DNA from: an uncultured Gemmatimonadales bacterium
GTDB taxonomy: Bacteria > Gemmatimonadota > Gemmatimonadetes > Gemmatimonadales > Gemmatimonadaceae
Length of the DNA stretch: 64,000 nt
Direction: 5' to 3'
Assembly: GCA_963850905.1 (NCBI GenBank)
Contig: CAWKMU010000004.1
Span: 640,001-704,000, forward strand
Shown here: piece by piece, positions 38,958 through 49,138 of the stretch
How the letters are laid out: each line of letters begins with the position of its first letter
How positions within the stretch are numbered: position 1 is the stretch's first letter
Notes under the pieces: generated by a model
Database searches by the model: none
What the model was told of the DNA's origin: nothing
What the model saw: only the letters and a program-made list of their open reading frames with translations
Translations under genes and position numbers: made by a program

Positions 38958-40110
38958 TCAGTTCGTTTCTAGTGCCTCCTTCCCCGGCAATTTCGGGAAC
39001 GGCGCGTGCGGCTCCTCCTGATACCAATACGCCACCGAGGCAATGTCATCCCTCAGCGGCAGATATCCCCCTGTGTCCCGCCAACCGAGTGCCTGTATGG
39101 TGACGCGCAGATCCGAATTGAAGCGAACGGGGTCGGCAATGTGCCAACGGTACAACCCAAACCGCTGCTGCGATTGATATAAACCGTCCGGCTTGATGAC
39201 TTGCACGAGACCCGAGTACGGGCTCGTAAACTCCTCGTACTGCTTCGTCTCACTGTTCTCGAAGTCGTACGAACCGTTGAAGTAGTCCTCGGTGCCGGTC
39301 CCGTTGATCGTTGGGTAGGTCTGGTCCCCGTCAATGTAGAACTTGATCTCACCCTCGCCCCACCACCCATTGTTGTGCACGCCCCACGCCATGTAAGTGC
39401 CGACGTAGTGACCCTTGCCTTTGACTCCATCGAGGATCGTGTAGACCTGCTTGTACGGCAGCGGATTCACTCGGCGAAACTGCGCGTGGAAGTAGGCAGC
39501 GTCGGTGGGCACAGGCGCGAGTGCGTAGTCGATCTGATAGTACAGCTCCATGGGTTTACCATCGAGATTCTCGATCGTGATTCTCGCCTTACGCCTGAAC
39601 GGCAGGGGCCAATACGAGTTGAACGCGCTCCCCGGATTCACACACACAGCCAGCGACGACACCCGCGCGTACTTACCCCAGCCCATCGCGAAGAAGTCAC
39701 CCACCGGGACCTCCACCGAGGGCTCGCGCTCGTCGTCCCAATACATCCGCAGAATCGAGAGGCGCCAATTCCCGGTTGGAGTCATCCGAGATGTGTTGGA
39801 TCGCCCCAGAGCCAGTGATCTCCGCGAGCGTGTACGTCGTGCCCGCCCCGATCTTGACGGACGGGCTGATCTTCCACCCCGGACCCAAGTCACGAGCCAT
39901 GCTTGCGCCCGTCCCCTCGGTCGCCATGCCACCCTTGCCCTTCTCACCAGTCGGATTCTCCGGGCTGATGGAAAGTGTCCGCGCAGTCGATAGGCGATAC
40001 AGATTGCCAAGATGCGTATCGAGGCCGTCATACGACCCGTTCTGAGCCAAAGCGGCGCGCGGCGCGCACACCAGGAACGCGGCGGCTACAAGTCTAATGG
40101 TTGACCGCAC
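38958..40110 (-). pseudogene. GH172 (DUF2961) glycoside hydrolase, secreted; one-base frameshift at about 39788 (real or sequencing error)
   Basis: SISPENPTGEKGKGG...GAIQHI then frame change to (W)MTPTGNWR...PVGDFF...FHAQFRR...WWGEGE...GTGTEDYF...YRWH..DP; TGG reads TCGG. Confidence 0.88.
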
Positions 40111-40320
40111 TGCGGCTCTCTCAATGTTTGGGTGCACCGAATCGACTGAGAACCATGGCGCATCGCAAGGGCGGGTGGCGTGAATGCCGCCCGGTGCGGC
40201 GCCTGACCGTGCTCCCCGTTCTGCATCCCGGGCCGACGGGTAGGCCCGGCACATGCTCCCCGGAATGCCGCAATGATCTCAGCCTTTGCGTCCGCCCGAT
40301 CGAGCGATAACGTATACGCC

Positions 40321-41568
40321 ATGCGAACGCTTGTGGCAGTGGGATGCTTCGTGCTCATCGCGTGGAGGGTGACGCACATCGACCGCCCGGCCAATGCGCA
40401 CGCATCGACGGCAGATTCGACGTTCGCGGACGATATCCGCTTCCTGCGGCAGTACACGACGATCCTGGTGCTCTCCGATCGAGCGGGAACAGGCCAGGTC
40501 GCCGTAGCGCCGGCGTGGCAGGGTCGGGTCATGACGAGCTCCGCTCGAGGCGTCGATGGCCACAGCTTCGGCTGGATCAATCGCGAGCTGATCGCATCCG
40601 GCAAAGTTTTGCCGCATTTCAACCCGCTGGGTGGTGAGGATCGGCTGTGGCTAGGACCCGAGGGCGGACAGTTCTCGATTTACTTTGCCCCACACGCGCC
40701 GTTCGATCTCGCGCACTGGTTCGTGCCGAGTCCTTTTGATACCAAGCCGTTCCGCAGCGCCGATACGGCGGCGCGAGACCGCGTTTCGTTCGCGTCCGAT
40801 TTTGTGCTGCGCAACTATTCGGAGACTGTCTTCACGGTTCGGCTGCAGCGAACGATTCGCGTGCTCGAGCCCGACCTCGCATGGCAGGATTTGTCCCTGC
40901 CGCCGGCCAAAGACGTCGCGCTCGTTGCGTACGAGTCGCAGAATTCCCTGACCAATGCGGGTGCGGTGGACTGGCGCAAGGAAACGGGTCTGCTCTCTCT
41001 CTGGGTTCTTGGCATGTTCAAGCCCTCACCGGCGACGACGATCGTGATACCGATCCGAGACGGGCCCGAGAGCACACTTGGCAAGGCCGTGACTACGGAT
41101 TACTTCGGCGCGATCCCGGCAGATCGGCTCAAAGTGACAGACCGCGCGATCTTCCTACGCGGCGATGGGAAGTACCGCAGCAAGATCGGCATTAATCCAC
41201 GGCGGAGCCTGGCGACGCTCGGGAGCTACGATGCCCGTGATCACGTGCTCACGATCGTGCAGTTCGATCAACCGCGTGAGACCACTGATTACGTGAATTC
41301 CCTCTGGCACATCCAGACTGACCCTTACGGCGGCAATGTCGCGAACGCCTATAACGATGGCCCGCCTGCACCGGGCGTTGCGCCGCTGGGACCGTTTGTC
41401 GAGCTGGAATCGTCATCTCCCGCCGTCGCGCTGGCCGCAGGTCAAAGCGTATCCCACGTGCATCGCACGATCCATCTCATGGGTCCACCCGATGAGTTGG
41501 ATCGCGTATCGCGATCGGTGCTCGGCGTGTCACTGCTCGAAGTGGAATCCGCGTTCGCGCCGCACTAG
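40321..41568 (+). CDS. DUF6786-like exported protein
   Basis: VAPAWQGRVMTS...SFGWIN...GGEDRLWLGPEGGQFS...LSLWVLGMF...DYFG...RSKIGI...YVNSLW...NAYNDGP...ELESSSPA. Confidence 0.7.
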   Translation: MRTLVAVGCFVLIAWRVTHIDRPANAHASTADSTFADDIRFLRQYTTILVLSDRAGTGQVAVAPAWQGRVMTSSARGVDGHSFGWINRELIASGKVLPHFNPLGGEDRLWLGPEGGQFSIYFAPHAPFDLAHWFVPSPFDTKPFRSADTAARDRVSFASDFVLRNYSETVFTVRLQRTIRVLEPDLAWQDLSLPPAKDVALVAYESQNSLTNAGAVDWRKETGLLSLWVLGMFKPSPATTIVIPIRDGPESTLGKAVTTDYFGAIPADRLKVTDRAIFLRGDGKYRSKIGINPRRSLATLGSYDARDHVLTIVQFDQPRETTDYVNSLWHIQTDPYGGNVANAYNDGPPAPGVAPLGPFVELESSSPAVALAAGQSVSHVHRTIHLMGPPDELDRVSRSVLGVSLLEVESAFAPH

Positions 41569-41579
41569 CCGCGTCCCGC

Positions 41580-42986
41580 ATGCCGAGTATCGAGAAACAA
41601 CGGAGAAGCGGGGCAGCGCTTTGGTTCGGCGCGGCGGATGGCCGCACGCACACGGCCACCTTCTTTCTCGTCGCATCGCTCTTTTTGCTGTGGGGCTGCT
41701 GTAACGGCATGATCAATGTGATGGACAAGCACTTTCAGGATCTGCTGCATCTGTCGAAAGCGCAATCCGCGTGGGTCCAGACCGCTCATTACATGGGCTA
41801 CGCGCTCATGGCCTTTCCCGCGGGCCTCATCGCGCGTGCCATCGGCTACAAGGGTGGAATCATTTCGGGCCTGGTGCTCGTCGCCGTCGGAGGATTCTGG
41901 TTCGTCGCGGCGACCCATATCGCGGCATTCTGGGCGTTTCTGCTGGGGGTCTGCTTGATCGCAATGGGGCTGACCGTGCTCGAAACAGTGGCCAACCCCT
42001 ATACGACTGTGCTCGGCCCCCCGCGGTTCGCCGCCTTTCGCATCAACCTGGCACAAAGCTTCAACGGAGTGGGCTGGATGACCGGCCCAATCATCGGGGG
42101 TGCGTTTTTCTACGCGGCGGGGGGCGCGGAGGTCGCGCAGGGTCGACTCTATATCCCGTACGCGGCGATCGCCATCGTGGCGCTCGTGTTAGGAGGCATC
42201 TTTTTTTTGTCGGACGTACCCGATCTCGTGGCCCACACGCACCAGAGTGATGATCCGAGGGAATCCCCAGTTGACCCGGCAGCGTCCTCGCCAGATCGAT
42301 CGATCTGGACCCACCCGCATTTCGTGGGGGGCGTACTGGCGCAATTTCTCTACGTCGCCGCGCAAGCCGGGATATTCAGCTTCTTCATTAATTACATGGT
42401 CGCCGAGGCACCGTCGTTCAGCACTGGCTGGGGTGTCGCCTGGCTCGCGCAACATGGCATGGTCACGCACGCTGCGCACGGTTGGTCGATCAACGAACAA
42501 GGTGCTGCGCGTCTGCAGGGCCTGGTCGGCTTTGGCCTATTTACCATTGGGCGGTTGAGCGGCTCCGCGCTCTTGGGGAAAGCACGACCCGATCGGGTCC
42601 TGGGCGCATACTCGTTCGCCAACGTAATCCTCTGTGCGCTCGTCGTCGCCAAGCTCGGGTGGTTATCGGTCGCCGCGGTCTTCGGGAGCTTTTTTTTCAT
42701 GTCGATCAGTTTCCCGACGATCTTTGCGCTCGGAATCGACGGCTTGGGACCGAAGACGAAGAAAGCGTCGGCCTTTCTGGTCATGGCGATCCTGGGCGGC
42801 GCGCTGATGCCAAAGGTCATGGGCCACGTGGGGGACGTCTACAACATGTCGGTCGCGTTCTGGGTGCCACTGGCCTGCTTTGCACTCATCGCGCTCTATG
42901 GCTACGCGTGGCGTGTGCTGAGCGTCGGAGCGGTCGCCTCGTCGTTTATGAGGAGCCCCGTGGAAGAAACGGGCGCAACCCTATGA
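41580..42986 (+). CDS. fucP: FucP-like sugar:H+ symporter (FHS family MFS)
   Basis: SLFLLWG, GYKGGII.GL, LETVANPY, RINLAQSFNG, AQFLYVAAQ, FFMSI.FPTIFALG. Confidence 0.88.
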   Translation: MPSIEKQRRSGAALWFGAADGRTHTATFFLVASLFLLWGCCNGMINVMDKHFQDLLHLSKAQSAWVQTAHYMGYALMAFPAGLIARAIGYKGGIISGLVLVAVGGFWFVAATHIAAFWAFLLGVCLIAMGLTVLETVANPYTTVLGPPRFAAFRINLAQSFNGVGWMTGPIIGGAFFYAAGGAEVAQGRLYIPYAAIAIVALVLGGIFFLSDVPDLVAHTHQSDDPRESPVDPAASSPDRSIWTHPHFVGGVLAQFLYVAAQAGIFSFFINYMVAEAPSFSTGWGVAWLAQHGMVTHAAHGWSINEQGAARLQGLVGFGLFTIGRLSGSALLGKARPDRVLGAYSFANVILCALVVAKLGWLSVAAVFGSFFFMSISFPTIFALGIDGLGPKTKKASAFLVMAILGGALMPKVMGHVGDVYNMSVAFWVPLACFALIALYGYAWRVLSVGAVASSFMRSPVEETGATL

Positions 42987-44608
42987 GCGAGCCAATTCTC
43001 GCGGTTGCGAACGGCGATCTGCGTTTGTCGGCCAACCGAGCCTGCTGGGCGGCGCAAGAGCAAGTCGAGAAGGCCGTCACCGCCGCGATCCGGTTGCTAG
43101 GGCACGACCTACAGCGTGCGCATGCCTATGACCCGGTGAAACAACACGGATTCATCGACAGCCAAAAGCGCGGTATTGAAGTATTCCGCGCGATCGCGCC
43201 TGATCGCCCACTCATCGTGATCGAAGCCGTCTGGCAGTACAGCCAGCAGATCCTGCCGGGACTGCTCGGCCATCGTGGCCCCATTCTCACCATTGCGAAC
43301 TGGAGCGGCCAGTGGCCTGGGCTCGTGGGACTCCTCAATCTCAACGCGTCGCTTCGAAAGGCCGGCCGCCCGTTTAGCACGCTCTGGAGCAGCGACTTCA
43401 CCGATCAGTTTTTTGTGAACGGCCTGAAACAATGGCTCGACGGCAAACCAATCGTCCACGATCAATCTCACGTTCGGGACTGGTCGGCAGTCAATGTGCC
43501 TGCCGAGGCTCGGCGGCTGGGTGCGAATCTCGCCGAGACCCTGCAGCGCGAGAAGGCCATTCTCGGCGTGTTCGATGAAGGCTGCATGGGCATGTACAAC
43601 GCCATCATCCCGGACGAGCTGCTGCAGCCCTTGGGTGTGTTCAAGGAGCGCCTGAGCCAATCCGCGCTGTACGCCGAGATGCTACGCACGTCAGACGCGG
43701 ACGCGCGTGCGGTGTACCGCTGGCTTCTCGATAAGGGCATGCAGTTCCGATTCGGGCCCGATCCCGAGACGGATCTGACGGAGAAACAGGTCCTCGACCA
43801 GTGCAGAATGTACATCGCGGCGGTACGCTTGGCGGACGAATTTGGTTGTGCCGCGGTTGGCATTCAGTACCAGCAAGGGCTGAAGGATCTCGTTCCAGCC
43901 TCGGACCTTGCTGAGGGGCTTCTCAACAACGTCGATCGGCCCCCAGTCTGCGACCGCGCCGGGCGACCACTGTTCCCGGGTCAAGCGCTGCCGCACTTCA
44001 ACGAAGTCGATGAGTGCGTGGGGCTCGACGCCCTGATTACGAATCGAGTGTGGACGGCGCTTGGACTGCCGCCGGAGACCACGCTTCATGATCTACGGTA
44101 CGGCGAGCACTATGGCGAGACGACCGATGCAGCCTTTGTCTGGACGCTCGAGTGCTCTGGGTCGGCGCCGCCCGCACACTTCGGGCGTGGCTACCGAGAT
44201 GCAGTGAGCGAGCGCCAGCCGCCAATGTATTTCCGTCTTGGTGGCGGCACGATCAAGGGTATCAGTAAGCCCGGCCACGTTGTGTGGAGCCGCATTTATG
44301 TCGAGCCTGCAGGGTTGAAGGCCAATGTCGGCCTGGCGCGCGCAATCGAGCTCCCCGACGCGGAAACCGACCGCCGCTGGCGGATGACGACATCACAGTG
44401 GCCGATGATGCATACCGTGTTTCCGGGCATTACGCGCGATCAATTCATGGCGCGGCACTGTTCGAATCACATTCAGGTCGCGTATGCACCTGATGAGGCA
44501 CTGGCGACCCACGCGCTCTGTGTGAAGGCTGCAACGTTTCACGCGCTGGGCATCGACACCCATTTCTGCGGGACCACGCCACTTGCAAGCGCCGCGCCGG
44601 CGACCTGA
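42983..44608 (+). CDS. L-fucose/D-arabinose isomerase family protein
   Basis: NGDLRLSAN..CW, ANWSGQWPGLVG.LNL, FDEGCMGM, GIQYQQGL, PHFNEVDE, TLHDLRYG, HCSNHIQVAY; ATGA overlap with fucP. Confidence 0.8.
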   Translation: MSEPILAVANGDLRLSANRACWAAQEQVEKAVTAAIRLLGHDLQRAHAYDPVKQHGFIDSQKRGIEVFRAIAPDRPLIVIEAVWQYSQQILPGLLGHRGPILTIANWSGQWPGLVGLLNLNASLRKAGRPFSTLWSSDFTDQFFVNGLKQWLDGKPIVHDQSHVRDWSAVNVPAEARRLGANLAETLQREKAILGVFDEGCMGMYNAIIPDELLQPLGVFKERLSQSALYAEMLRTSDADARAVYRWLLDKGMQFRFGPDPETDLTEKQVLDQCRMYIAAVRLADEFGCAAVGIQYQQGLKDLVPASDLAEGLLNNVDRPPVCDRAGRPLFPGQALPHFNEVDECVGLDALITNRVWTALGLPPETTLHDLRYGEHYGETTDAAFVWTLECSGSAPPAHFGRGYRDAVSERQPPMYFRLGGGTIKGISKPGHVVWSRIYVEPAGLKANVGLARAIELPDAETDRRWRMTTSQWPMMHTVFPGITRDQFMARHCSNHIQVAYAPDEALATHALCVKAATFHALGIDTHFCGTTPLASAAPAT

Positions 44609-44666
44609 CGTCGCGATGGGTCTCATCGCAACCCATGCGCGTACGTAGCGCATTGGTCACGTCGCC

Positions 44667-46190
44667 ATGACGATCGTTGCGGGAGTCGATTTCGGAACCG
44701 GCAACGTGCGAGTCTCGATCGTCGACAGCGAACGGGGTCGGCTTGCCCAGGGCATTGGTGAGTATCCTGTCTTGCGCGACCCTGCTGATCCCAATTGGGC
44801 TACACAGCGTCACGCCGATCATCTGCGAGCGTTGGAGCACGCGTGTCACGCTGCGCTGTCGCGCGCGCGTGTCAGTGGCAAGGTCATCGAAGCTCTCGCA
44901 CTCGACACCACTGGGTCGACGGTCGTCATGCTCGATGAGCGCCTCCAGCCACTCGATGACTATTACCTGTGGTGCGACCATCGGGCATGGCGTGAGGCAC
45001 AGGAGATTACTCGCGCTGGCTGCGCCCAGCAGCTCACTGCACTCGATTGGTGCGGCGGCAGCTACTCGTCCGAGTGGGGGTTTGCCAAGGTTCTGCACTG
45101 GCTGCGATCCCATCCTGCGGCGCGTGCACGATTTTGCACGGCGGCCGAGCACTGTGATTACATCGTCGCGACGCTCTGCGGCATCAGCACCCTCGACGAG
45201 TTGCCACGCTCAGCCTGTGCCATGGGCCACAAGTGGATGTGGCACCAGGAGCTCGGAGGTCTGCCGTCGGGCGAGTTCCTCGAATCCGTCGATCCATTGC
45301 TCGCCGGCGTTCGAGACCGCCTGGCGGGTCGGTACCTGACCTCAGACCAGACCGCAGGCGAACTGTCCGGCGAGTGGGCCGACCGACTGACGCTCGGGGC
45401 CGGCATCCCGATTGCTGTCGGTGCGCTCGACGCGCATTGGGATGCCCTCGGCGCAGGCTGTCGGCTCGGCGATGTTGTCAACGTCATCGGTACCTCGACC
45501 TGCATCATGGCGCTGGCCGATACCCCGCGCCTCATTCCCGGCGTGTCTGGTTTGGCCCAGGGCTCCATTCATCCGAAGAAGCTTGGTATTGAGGCCGGGT
45601 TGTCCGCAGTTGGTGACCTGTTCGAGGCGATCGCGAAACGAGCGAGTACGCCGCTGTCAGCGCTGTCGGACAGGATTCAGCACTACGGTGCCGGCCAAAC
45701 TGGACTAATGCGATTGGCTTGGGACAATGGCGACCGGTCGATTCTCGTCAATCCGCAGTTGAGGGGAATTACGCTCGGCTGGCGCCTCAATCACACAGCC
45801 GCGGACGAGCTCTTTGCGGCAATCGAAGGCACGGCATTTCACACCCGGATCATTCTCGAACGCTTGCAGGAATACGGCGTGCCGATCGATCGCGTGATCA
45901 ACGCCGGAGGGATACCCCAGCGCAATGAGGCGCTGAACCGCGTGTATGCCAGCGTGCTGGGCAAGCCGATCCTGGTGCCCGAAACCGACACGACGAGTTT
46001 GGGCTCTGCGATCTTCGCCTTCGTGTGTGCCGGAGCATTCAAGTCGGTGGAGGAGGCGCAGCAGGCGATTGCGCCGCGTCACCGAGTCTGCGAGCCCATC
46101 GCACGGGACGTTCAGACATATCAGGATCTGTTTGGTCAGTTTCGCGAATTGTACTTCGCATTCGGGAAGGCACGATGGGCGGCGCCGTGA
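44667..46190 (+). CDS. araB: Ribulokinase (FGGY carbohydrate kinase)
   Basis: GVDFGT, DTTGST, LWCDHRA, YSSEW, CAMGHKW, DAH, GTSTC, EAGLSAVGD, WDNGDR, EGTAF, GGIP. Confidence 0.88.
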   Translation: MTIVAGVDFGTGNVRVSIVDSERGRLAQGIGEYPVLRDPADPNWATQRHADHLRALEHACHAALSRARVSGKVIEALALDTTGSTVVMLDERLQPLDDYYLWCDHRAWREAQEITRAGCAQQLTALDWCGGSYSSEWGFAKVLHWLRSHPAARARFCTAAEHCDYIVATLCGISTLDELPRSACAMGHKWMWHQELGGLPSGEFLESVDPLLAGVRDRLAGRYLTSDQTAGELSGEWADRLTLGAGIPIAVGALDAHWDALGAGCRLGDVVNVIGTSTCIMALADTPRLIPGVSGLAQGSIHPKKLGIEAGLSAVGDLFEAIAKRASTPLSALSDRIQHYGAGQTGLMRLAWDNGDRSILVNPQLRGITLGWRLNHTAADELFAAIEGTAFHTRIILERLQEYGVPIDRVINAGGIPQRNEALNRVYASVLGKPILVPETDTTSLGSAIFAFVCAGAFKSVEEAQQAIAPRHRVCEPIARDVQTYQDLFGQFRELYFAFGKARWAAP

Positions 46191-46261
46191 CTATAACGAC
46201 TCCGTGACGGGCGTGTGCGCAAAAAACCCCGCCGGAAGTCAGGTGTCGGTAGCCGTCCCCA

Positions 46262-49138
46262 TTATCCGCGGCGGTCTGTCGTGATGCCCAGCTCGACGCT
46301 GATCTCAGTCCGTGCCGCAAGCGCCACGGGGCGCCCGAAATCCACATGCACATCGGTGCCGTTGACCACAGCGGTGTGACCGGTGATCGGCTGTCCATTT
46401 GGGCCGGTCACTCGCGTCGTGGCGACGGCCGAGCCCTGCGCGACGTTGACGATCAGGTGGCGGATGGGAACCTCGCCGCGTCGCGCGGCGACGCGGAACG
46501 TGACTGACCGGTCGTCCGCCGTTCGGCTCAGGGTGCCCCAACCTGATCCGGCGGCAAAAAAGCAGCGGAAGTTGCTGGCATTGACCTGCGGGGCAAAGGT
46601 CAGCGTCTGGTCGATCGCCGAGTACCGGTACCCGGCGAGCGCGGACAGGACGGACCAGCTGGCAAGCGCGCGGGCGTAATGGTGGCCGCACTCGACCTCG
46701 TTCCACGGATTCCGGCGCGCGCCGTCGTACCGATCCACCACACCTTTGACGATGGCCAGTCCTTCCTCGACGAGACCCTCGTAGATCATGTGGCCGGCGA
46801 CCTGGAATTCGACGCCGGTCCACACTTCATCGGAGTACGGGAACGGCAGCGCGGGGCGACCGCCCTTTGGCCACGTGCAAAGGAGCAGGCCCTTTTCGTC
46901 GTTGAGGGCGAAGATGCGCTGCGTGTTGGGGTGATCGTAGAAGCTGGTGCGGAAGTTGTGGTGGTAGATCGCCTGTAGCGCCTGGCGGATGCGTTCGTGC
47001 GACCACCCTGGATCCAGCCCCACGACTGTCGCCATCCACGCGCCAAGCAGTTGGTCGGAGAGACAGCCATCGCCAAACTGATAGCGAACCTGCCCGTTCT
47101 GGATAGCGGACGCGTGCCAGCTGGCGTCGGCGTACTTCGTCATGGGATGGATCTGGTCGGCCGCTGGCACCTTTTGGATGTAGAACTCGCCGTTCCACAG
47201 CTGCTCGAGATTGGCGACCCCGCGCTCCCGCACCCGCCGATACGTGGCGGCAGCATCGGCATCGCCCACTGCGGTCCCCATGAGCTCCGCCGCCCGTAGC
47301 GCGCCCTGATACAGCGTACTCATCATCGAGTTCGGGCCGTAGAACTCGACGTCGTACGTGTTGTGTTGCTCCCCCTCGAAGAGGCCGTCCCGGTCGGCGT
47401 CCCAGTGTGTCCAGGCGAATTCGAGGGCGCGTTTCGCGGCGGGCCAGAGCTGCTTCAGGAGTTCGTCGTCGCCCGAGAGCTGCCATTCGCGATAGAGCTT
47501 GATAATCGTACCCATCTGGCCGTCAGCGGCGGGGCGGAAGTCCCACTGCGCCCGCCCGACTGGGATCAGTGTGCGGAAGGCCATGCTGTCGTCGGCGCGC
47601 ATGTTGGATAGGAAGTCGGTGCGGCGCATCGAGCGCTCGAGCTCCGGGTAGAGGGCGGCGAGCGCTTGCTCGTAGTTCCAGACATGGGTGCAGTTCATCG
47701 GGCAGCACCCGGCGTTGTCGTCGCACCCCTCGAAGGCGTAGAACTGCTTGCCCTCGAGCAGCATGCAGGTGTTGGTGCGGATGATGGCGGCCTGACTGGA
47801 CACGGCTTCCAGCACGTACCCGGGGAGCGTCGCGGAGTAGAACCCGTCGCTGAAATCTCGCGTCTTCCTTTCGAGCTCCGGCAGACGTGCGACGGTGTGA
47901 CGCGCGACCTCCCACGCGCTCTGGAATCGCGTGCCATAGTAGTTGCGAAGATGCTGGCCTTTGACCTCCTTCTGGTCGTTCCAGTAGTTCTGGCGGACCG
48001 GGAAGTACCAGGCGAGGATGAACGTCACCGACTGTGATTCTCCTGGCGCGAGCTGCAGTCGCGGCGCGAGCGTCGCATACGTCGAGCGGCCGTCGGCCGA
48101 CGCTGACGGGGGCACGACGTCGTGCAGCGTCCCGCTCTGGGCGAACTCGTCGTACCATGTCTGGTATGCGTCCCACCAATCACCCACATCCGCCCACGCG
48201 GTCGTCGCGGTCACGTCTGGGCTCGTCGTGATGAGCGCCATCGAGCCGCCGCCCACGTCCTCGGGTCCGTACTTGGCTGACGTCATTTCCAGCCCTTGTA
48301 CCCGCACACCTCCGGCGTTTTCCGTTCGGAAGGTGTTCAGGTTCTTACCGAATCCGGGGTGCTGCGGGCCTGCGAGGTCGGCCTTCCCGTCGTAGCCGAC
48401 TGCGTTGAGCGACGAAAACGCCAGTGCCAGTTCGACCGGCTTCGAGCTGCGCGAGCGCACGTGGTAGCGAAGGATCGCCACCGGCAGGCTCGAATCATCG
48501 ACATCGAGTGGGACCAAGGGATTGAACGCGTCGAGTGAGAGCTCGACCGGTAGCGACTCGTCCTCGAACGCGATCGTCGCAAAGGGATAGGCACCGGTGA
48601 AGCGCGCCGCGCGGAACCGCGGCAACCCTTCGGCGGACTCTCGGTGTAAGCCCTCTTGGCCGCGGAAGGGAGCGGCGAGCGGGCCTTCGACCACTCGCAC
48701 GGCGGACTGCGCCCCTTCGCTGCGCACCCAGAGCGCGACGAAGCTGAACGGGAGGATCTTTCCCTTGCCAGGTCGGTTGAAGATCTCCCAATCCCTGAGC
48801 TGACCGCGGCCGCCGAGCGACACGGTACCCGTGCCGATGCCACCCAGGGGGAAGGCAACCTCGTTCAGGTGGTCGCCGGTGAGAACGCGCGGCTTCCGCG
48901 CCTGGTACAGATCCTGAGGCGAGTAGGGGATGATGGATCCGGCCGCCGAACGAAACGCGTTCGGCTCCCGGGGCGCCTGCGCCTCGAGCGCTTGCGCGAG
49001 GGTCGACGCGCCAATGGCGGCCGAGGACGTGGAGACGAGAAAGTCTCGACGATTGATGGGCTTGTCAGCGGGGCTATCGGAATCGTGCGGCGTCGTGGCT
49101 CCCTGTTGGATCGCCGGTGTCGGCGCGGCCGCGGTCAA
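46262..49138 (-). CDS. GH116 family glycoside hydrolase, Tat-exported
   Basis: NRRDFL Tat motif; FPLGGIGTG..SLGGRG.LRDWEIFNRP, AFEGC, NCTHVWNY, AADGQMG, QHNTYDVEF, GCLSDQL.G, EVWTGVE, RNPWNEVECG.HYAR. Confidence 0.9.
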   Translation of the reverse strand: MTAAAPTPAIQQGATTPHDSDSPADKPINRRDFLVSTSSAAIGASTLAQALEAQAPREPNAFRSAAGSIIPYSPQDLYQARKPRVLTGDHLNEVAFPLGGIGTGTVSLGGRGQLRDWEIFNRPGKGKILPFSFVALWVRSEGAQSAVRVVEGPLAAPFRGQEGLHRESAEGLPRFRAARFTGAYPFATIAFEDESLPVELSLDAFNPLVPLDVDDSSLPVAILRYHVRSRSSKPVELALAFSSLNAVGYDGKADLAGPQHPGFGKNLNTFRTENAGGVRVQGLEMTSAKYGPEDVGGGSMALITTSPDVTATTAWADVGDWWDAYQTWYDEFAQSGTLHDVVPPSASADGRSTYATLAPRLQLAPGESQSVTFILAWYFPVRQNYWNDQKEVKGQHLRNYYGTRFQSAWEVARHTVARLPELERKTRDFSDGFYSATLPGYVLEAVSSQAAIIRTNTCMLLEGKQFYAFEGCDDNAGCCPMNCTHVWNYEQALAALYPELERSMRRTDFLSNMRADDSMAFRTLIPVGRAQWDFRPAADGQMGTIIKLYREWQLSGDDELLKQLWPAAKRALEFAWTHWDADRDGLFEGEQHNTYDVEFYGPNSMMSTLYQGALRAAELMGTAVGDADAAATYRRVRERGVANLEQLWNGEFYIQKVPAADQIHPMTKYADASWHASAIQNGQVRYQFGDGCLSDQLLGAWMATVVGLDPGWSHERIRQALQAIYHHNFRTSFYDHPNTQRIFALNDEKGLLLCTWPKGGRPALPFPYSDEVWTGVEFQVAGHMIYEGLVEEGLAIVKGVVDRYDGARRNPWNEVECGHHYARALASWSVLSALAGYRYSAIDQTLTFAPQVNASNFRCFFAAGSGWGTLSRTADDRSVTFRVAARRGEVPIRHLIVNVAQGSAVATTRVTGPNGQPITGHTAVVNGTDVHVDFGRPVALAARTEISVELGITTDRRG

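Noticed and set aside
42482..42982. N-terminal extension of the 708-aa isomerase ORF
   Set aside because: Off-frame overlap with fucP; coupled ATG at 42983
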